Positions 59,309 to 64,000 of a stretch of 64,000 bases of DNA are shown here, one piece after another. How positions within the stretch are numbered: position 1 is the stretch's first letter; each line of letters starts with the position of its first letter. The stretch covers positions 7,928 to 71,927 of the forward strand of contig BPGO01000006.1 of the NCBI GenBank assembly GCA_026003075.1, read 5' to 3'. Source of the stretch: Fimbriimonadales bacterium (lineage in GTDB: Bacteria > Armatimonadota > Fimbriimonadia > Fimbriimonadales > GBS-DC). Under the pieces are notes generated by a model. The model had not been told where the DNA came from, did not search any database, and saw only the letters and a list, made by a program, of their open reading frames with translations. The position numbers and the translations under genes were made by a program.

Positions 59309-60846
59309 CGTTTGTCCTCCTTCGCTTGTTGCCGTGCCTGACGGTCTTGAATGGACTTCAGACGGGCTTCCCACGCCTGCGCTGGGTCGGCGCCGCCAAG
59401 CAAGACCTCATCCCAAGGGCGGTACACCCGAAAGTCGCGATGCTCCTTGCGTACCGCTTTCACTTCCCAGTCGAACTCGTAGTTGCCATGCCCGTTGAGC
59501 AGTTCCACCACCTCGATGCCGTTCAGGCTCACCTGCACGGCAGCCAAGCCTCTCGATTCAGCAGAGCGTGGCGTGAGTTGGACGGTCATGCCCTGCTCGT
59601 CGGCGAGTTTGCGGAAGTGGTCGGGCAGTTCGATGCGGGCGCGCCCGTTGACCAATCGCGCAGTGCCGCGCACATACATCGCGAGTTCGGGACCCTCGAT
59701 GCAGCCGTACCAGATGTCGCGCGTGGCGTCTTCGGGGTCAGGCACGCGGAAGTTCTTGGAATTACCCCATACCACGCCATTGCCGTCATAAGCAACATAC
59801 ATCCCTGCTTGCCCGTTGCCATTTGCGTCGTAAACAGCTATCGCACCGTGGTTTGAATTTTCGGTGTATCCCAACACAACGTTGTTGTTGCCGTTGGCTC
59901 CGAGGAGTACGAGATAACCTACATAGAGTCCGTTAGAAGCAGGGTCCAAGCCTGCCTCGACTCTGCGCCAGTCAGGGTCTGTCCCGCCTCCCAAAGTGAA
60001 GCGGCTTCCTCCCACATGCAGGCGGCCTGTAACACTCAGATTATCCCAAATGCCAAGCGTGCCGTTGCCAGGGATCTCTAATGTGGCAGCACTACTCGCC
60101 GTTTGACCGAACAGCCGGCCCGGCAGCACTTGGAAGGTGGTGTCACCCTGCGTGAAGAAGGCAGTACCACTCACATGCAACCGCGCTTGGGGACTGCTCG
60201 TGCCAATTCCCACATTCCCGTTGCCCAGGATGGTCATTATCTCATTCCCGCTCGGCGCATCCAGGAACGAGAAGCGGTTGTTGGGATTGTGTAGGTGGAT
60301 GCGAAACTGGTTAGGGGCGATACCAAAGCCCATTACCTCTGTAGCGGAATTTCCTTGCCAGAGGGCAAGCTTGGTGTTGGCATCACCACCACCCAACGAC
60401 AGACGCGCCGCAGGGTTGTTCGTGCCAATCCCCACATTCCCCGAAGTGTAGAAAATATTGCTCCCCACCGCCTGCCACGGAAGTTGTGCAAAGCCTGCCG
60501 ACGCCGCATAGGATGCATAGGGGGCGGGAGTAATCCGCACACGAGGCGATAACACTGTGGAACCGACCGCAATCTCCAGATAGCGGTCTTGTCCTGTCCA
60601 TACCGCACCGAATTCCAACTGCACGGTGAACAGCCCGTTCTGCACCACAACATTCTGGAAGATAGAGGAGCCTACTTGATTGCCCCCTGTAAGCGCGTCG
60701 TAGAGTTTGAAGGTCATGAAAAGGGTCGCGTTGACGGGCTGCCCGTTCTGTTTGAGCATGCCCTGATAAGTAAAGGGTTGCGCGCACGCGATGCCTGCAA
60801 TCAGTGCAAGCGTCATCCAAAGCCCGAAAAGTCGTGCTGTTTGCAT
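59305..60846 (-). CDS. secreted tail-fibre-like protein
   Basis: Signal peptide. The N-terminal FTYQGMLKQNGQPVN...FKLYD...VVVQNGLFTVQLEFG module and repeated GNVGIGT..P.ARLHV motifs are common in phage-tail-fibre-like bacterial proteins. GGAGG RBS. Confidence 0.6.
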   Translation of the reverse strand: MQTARLFGLWMTLALIAGIACAQPFTYQGMLKQNGQPVNATLFMTFKLYDALTGGNQVGSSIFQNVVVQNGLFTVQLEFGAVWTGQDRYLEIAVGSTVLSPRVRITPAPYASYAASAGFAQLPWQAVGSNIFYTSGNVGIGTNNPAARLSLGGGDANTKLALWQGNSATEVMGFGIAPNQFRIHLHNPNNRFSFLDAPSGNEIMTILGNGNVGIGTSSPQARLHVSGTAFFTQGDTTFQVLPGRLFGQTASSAATLEIPGNGTLGIWDNLSVTGRLHVGGSRFTLGGGTDPDWRRVEAGLDPASNGLYVGYLVLLGANGNNNVVLGYTENSNHGAIAVYDANGNGQAGMYVAYDGNGVVWGNSKNFRVPDPEDATRDIWYGCIEGPELAMYVRGTARLVNGRARIELPDHFRKLADEQGMTVQLTPRSAESRGLAAVQVSLNGIEVVELLNGHGNYEFDWEVKAVRKEHRDFRVYRPWDEVLLGGADPAQAWEARLKSIQDRQARQQAKEDKR

Positions 60847-60953
60847 GGTGTGACCTCCAGTTTTCAGTATAACACGGGCGGCGGGCGTTTTGCAGCTTCG
60901 GAATCGAAATTGCAAAGGGTTGGCGGCTGGAGAGCAGGGTTGTGATGCCGATG

Positions 60954-61775
60954 CTACGACTCGTCGTCATCCTGCCCGCTCAAATACGCCGCCAGTGGTT
61001 CGGGGCTGCCCTGGTCCAGCAGGGTAGCGAGGCGTTCCAGACGATTGATAAGGACTTCCAGGTGTTCGAGAGTGTAGCGGCGATTGAGCAGCAGCAGCTC
61101 GGCCCACAGCGTGGGGTCGCTTGCTGCCACGCGGGTCGCATCGCGCCAGCTGCTTCCACCCTGAAGCCGGGTCGGGTGTGCGCGATGCAACGCGGTCAGG
61201 CTAAACGCCACACAGTGCGGTAGGAAACTCAAAAGGGCGAACTCCCGGTCGTGCTGCTCCGCCGCCATAAGAACAGGTGCCGCGCCTATTGATTGAACCA
61301 GCGTGCTGACCTGGGCGAGCGCCATGGGATCGGTGTGTGCAGCGGGGGTCAGCACCCACTGTGCGCCTTCAAACAGGTCCGTCCGCGCCGCTTGCAGCCC
61401 GCTGTACTCGGTGCCGGCGACAGGATGTCCACCGACAAACCGCTGCGGATGGGGCAAAAGTTGCTGCGCCCACGCAAGAATCGGCGCCTTCACGCTGGCC
61501 ACATCGGTCAGCACAGTATGGGGCTTCAGGTGGGGCGCCAGCGCCTGCAGGCAATCACGCATGGCAGAAGGTGGCGTCGCCAGCAGAATCATATCAGCAT
61601 TCGCGCAGGCTTCGAGCGTGAAACAGGGGATCTCGAGAATGCCTCGCGCATGCGCCTGCTTGGTCACCTCCGGACGCAGGTCATAGCCAGCAATCGTGAA
61701 GGGCAAGCGGCGTGCCCGAATCGCCAGACCAACCGACGCCCCAATCCCACCCAGACCAACAATCGCAAGTTCCAT
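60954..61775 (-). CDS. tyrA: prephenate/arogenate dehydrogenase
   Basis: N-terminal Rossmann motif IVGLGGIGASVGLA, ...DVASVK... and FVGGHPVAGTEYSG. Confidence 0.85.
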   Translation of the reverse strand: MELAIVGLGGIGASVGLAIRARRLPFTIAGYDLRPEVTKQAHARGILEIPCFTLEACANADMILLATPPSAMRDCLQALAPHLKPHTVLTDVASVKAPILAWAQQLLPHPQRFVGGHPVAGTEYSGLQAARTDLFEGAQWVLTPAAHTDPMALAQVSTLVQSIGAAPVLMAAEQHDREFALLSFLPHCVAFSLTALHRAHPTRLQGGSSWRDATRVAASDPTLWAELLLLNRRYTLEHLEVLINRLERLATLLDQGSPEPLAAYLSGQDDDES

Positions 61776-61978
61776 CGGCTCCTTCTCCCAATCCAGTATA
61801 CTCGCCGCGCACCTTGTCTCAGGTCAGACCGCCAGGAAGCGGGCAACCTTTAAACAGGCGTTGCGCAACCGCTTCTGATTGCGTCCCGGGCGACGTAGAG
61901 CTTCCAGCTCCAGCATGGTCAGCTGCTCGCGTGGACCGCCTTCCGCTCGTAGCCGCGCGATCGCTTGCTCGATGCCCT

Positions 61979-62233
61979 CTATACCCCCACCAGCGCCGGC
62001 TCATGCTGCACAATATACGCCAGCACCTTCGCCCGACCACGCATCAGGTGCGTGCGCGTGGTGCTCCGATTCAGATGGAGCCTCTGCGCAATCGCCTCCA
62101 GGCGCTCCCCCTCTGCATGCAGCAGAATAACCCGCTGCTCGTTTACGGAGCAGACATGGCAGAGGATTGCGTGCAGTCGCTGCTGTACCTGCTGATGGGC
62201 AAACGGTATCTGGTCCCGAGATATTTCTCTCAC
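61979..62233 (-). pseudogene. 5'-truncated sigma-70 family gene (only a region-4-like HTH remains)
   Basis: VNEQRVILLHAEGERLEAIAQRLHLNRSTTRTHLMRGRAKVL is a region 4.2-type HTH. There is no region 2 upstream, where the sequence switches to low-GC DNA. Confidence 0.5.
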
Positions 62234-62267
62234 GGACGATCCATGCCTTGATATTGGCGATGGAAAA

Positions 62268-62597
62268 TTGCTTGGTTGGGGGCTTGAACAAGGTTGGTTT
62301 CCTTATGGTGGTTATGACGGTACTGATGCATGGGTTGGGCTTATTGGAGAGGATCGAAACGGAGATGGAAAGCTCCAACCTGATGAAGTGACTGGTGTTG
62401 TTGGCAGGTGTGGAGAGGGAGGTGCTGACAATGATTTTTATATCGATAAAGATGGCTATGTTCATTGGATAAATTATGATGAAAATGGAAACATATTAAG
62501 ACATTACATTTATGATCCCAGCAGAGATCTTCTGAAAATTTACGAGCCAGGCAATCCAAACCCAGTATATCAGGGACCACCAAGGCAATGGAGGTAG
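62268..62597 (+). CDS. hypothetical protein fragment with EF-hand-like DxNGDGK loops and a YD-repeat-like segment, inside the low-GC island
   Basis: DRNGDGKLQPDE and INYDENGNILRHYIYDPSRDLL. No convincing RBS or start; the frame is open further upstream (DIGDGKL...). Confidence 0.3.
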   Translation: MLGWGLEQGWFPYGGYDGTDAWVGLIGEDRNGDGKLQPDEVTGVVGRCGEGGADNDFYIDKDGYVHWINYDENGNILRHYIYDPSRDLLKIYEPGNPNPVYQGPPRQWR

Positions 62598-62601
62598 AAT
62601 A

Positions 62602-63327
62602 ATGGTGATGACGACTTATAAGCATGTTGAGAGGCGCAGAAGACGCATGGTGGTGCTTCTTATACCCTTGATAATAGGGTTATCGGGATATATGATCCAT
62701 CACCATGTGTTTAGAGAATGGTCCGGTCAGCTGGAAAGCATGGACGCTGCTCATTCCCAACCTTCGCGTAAGACTTTCTACTTGCGCACCGACAAAGGCT
62801 TTGACCAGATACAGCCCGTGGAGATGGAAATACCTTTCAAAATCGTTCGGTTAGAATGGCGAAGCAAGGGGGGTACAACCTTTATTGCTCTAACCCTATC
62901 GAACCCCATATCGTCTTCGGTCAAGCAGCAGTCGGCTTACAATTTCCAGATCTGGCTCAATCATTATAAGCAGGTGGTGTGGCTCGGACACCACCTCTGT
63001 CCCGAGAATGTAGATGAGACCGTCTGTCAACCGTTGGTGCTTGATGGGGGTACTCATCAGGTAGTAAGCCGCGGACAGGTGGTGGAGAAGGGTAATCGGG
63101 TGGAAATGACTCTTCCTCTTTCCACACAGGAAGTCGATGCTGCGCAGCTTTATTATATTCCTTCGCAGGGGGCACTGAGACAAGCAGGAGGGTCTCCTGT
63201 GATGGTTTCGTCACTTGTTCATCAGAGGAATCCTTGGGGTTACCGTATTCGGCGGTTGCCAGTAAAATGGTGTGAAGAATGTACCTATCTATACGGTCAT
63301 CGTTATGCTGTTGAGGGCGGAGAGTAG
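62602..63327 (+). CDS. hypothetical membrane-anchored protein inside the low-GC island
   Basis: GGAGG lies 8 nt upstream of the ATG. N-terminal RRRRRMVVLLIPLIIGLSGYMI anchor. I recognise no domain. It ends at a TAG (63325-63327) that is in frame with a PEP-CTERM-like tail. Confidence 0.5.
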   Translation: MVMTTYKHVERRRRRMVVLLIPLIIGLSGYMIHHHVFREWSGQLESMDAAHSQPSRKTFYLRTDKGFDQIQPVEMEIPFKIVRLEWRSKGGTTFIALTLSNPISSSVKQQSAYNFQIWLNHYKQVVWLGHHLCPENVDETVCQPLVLDGGTHQVVSRGQVVEKGNRVEMTLPLSTQEVDAAQLYYIPSQGALRQAGGSPVMVSSLVHQRNPWGYRIRRLPVKWCEECTYLYGHRYAVEGGE

Positions 63328-63408
63328 CCCTGTTTCCAGATTCTATCTTCGCTCGCCTTGGCGGCGGGGCTGGTAGGGCTGGCGTTTCGCCGGCGGCGTG
63401 CTGGCTGA
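63328..63408 (+). pseudogene. remnant 3' end of a PEP-CTERM protein gene
   Basis: Reads ...SSLALAAGLVGLAFRRRRAG-stop, in the same frame as ORF 62602-63327 and directly after its TAG. GC is host-like. The PEP tripeptide itself is degenerate (QIL in this frame, PDS in another). Confidence 0.5.
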
Positions 63409-63529
63409 GAGCGTCGGTTCCTCTCCCGGCTCAGGATGTGCAGGTCAGCGCGATCTCCCGGCTCTCGTCTGGGGGATAGATCTGAATGGTTATTCGCCAC
63501 CAGTTGTGGATGATAGAGCGTCACGGCGT

Positions 63530-63997
63530 TCAGAATCCTAACGGCAGCCCACCGCCGCCTAAGCTGCGCAGAAGTTCTGTCCCCCGCGCCCCGATGGCAA
63601 ACGGCTTGCGGATGCCGTACTGCTCACAAACGCGCGTGAGTTCCTCATCGGCGCGGGCGAATCGGGCGTCTAAATCGCTTTGCACCGAGCCGAGCATGCT
63701 CGTCAAGCCGCCGATATCGTTTTCAATCAGGCTCTGCTCGATCTGCGTGATTGTGGTAACGTACTGGCTCAGCCCGGCGAAGTAGGTATCGGCTAAGGTT
63801 TGACACTCGGGAGGGGGCGGGACGCTTTTGAAATATTGCAGCAGTTCTGCCCATTCGCGTTGGCGCTGCTGGTAGCCCTGTCGGAGCTTCTCGCGTTCGC
63901 GCTCGTAGTCGGCTTCCGCCTTGTCGAAATCGCCTTGCGCGATACCGCCCATCGCCGCCGCGCGCGCCACCGTGGCTTGCACCAGCATACTCATCAC
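63530..63997 (-). CDS. hypothetical protein (its 5' end may lie beyond the window)
   Basis: 155-aa ORF with coding-like composition and no motif I recognise. The window ends 3 nt after the first Met. Confidence 0.4.
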   Translation of the reverse strand: MMSMLVQATVARAAAMGGIAQGDFDKAEADYEREREKLRQGYQQRQREWAELLQYFKSVPPPPECQTLADTYFAGLSQYVTTITQIEQSLIENDIGGLTSMLGSVQSDLDARFARADEELTRVCEQYGIRKPFAIGARGTELLRSLGGGGLPLGF

Positions 63998-64000
63998 GGG

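Overview
A bacterial chromosomal segment of about 60% GC. I had no tools, so every functional call rests on motifs and domain signatures I recognise in the ORF translations, not on database searches. The gene content points to a diderm of the Armatimonadota/Planctomycetota type: a DUF1559 H-X9-DG tail, a PSCyt/DUF1549/DUF1553 protein, PEP-CTERM tails, HAF repeats and dockerin-like tails. A close M.TaqI homologue hints at a thermophile, but this taxonomy is inference only.

Housekeeping genes: ybdK-like ligase, lepA, sufB/sufC, an unlinked sufD, a GspE/PilB ATPase plus a pilin, an aldo/keto reductase, flhA, glnB, a crtI-like desaturase, an ECF sigma/anti-sigma pair, cyclophilin, an MCM B12-binding domain, ygfZ, a PduO-type adenosyltransferase and tyrA.

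Accessory content is dense:
- Four DNA methyltransferases: an orphan M.TaqI-like enzyme, a beta-class DPPY enzyme paired with a frameshifted HNH-like nuclease, an SPPY N4C enzyme paired with an MjaI-like nuclease, and an orphan CcrM/HinfI-like enzyme.
- DarT-DarG and HepT-MntA toxin-antitoxin modules side by side.
- A frameshifted MNT-HEPN fusion and a solitary NurA-like nuclease.
- Three full-length copies and one remnant of an IS5-family (IS427-group-like) element, with no intact transposase frame in any copy.

Structural oddities worth follow-up:
- A near-perfect 6,516-bp head-to-tail tandem duplication (28696-35211 repeated at 35212-41727, one SNP found), with breakpoints inside glnB and the MNT-HEPN gene.
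- An identical 13-bp palindrome abutting the -10 box of sigma70-like promoters at both suf loci.
- A roughly 417-bp array of 45/47-bp G-rich hairpin repeats upstream of sufD.
- A 4.6-kb M28-peptidase/FtsX fusion gene broken by at least 6 frameshifts.
- A roughly 1.1-kb low-GC island that appears to have replaced the 5' ends of two divergent host genes.

I saw no rRNA, tRNA or CRISPR array.
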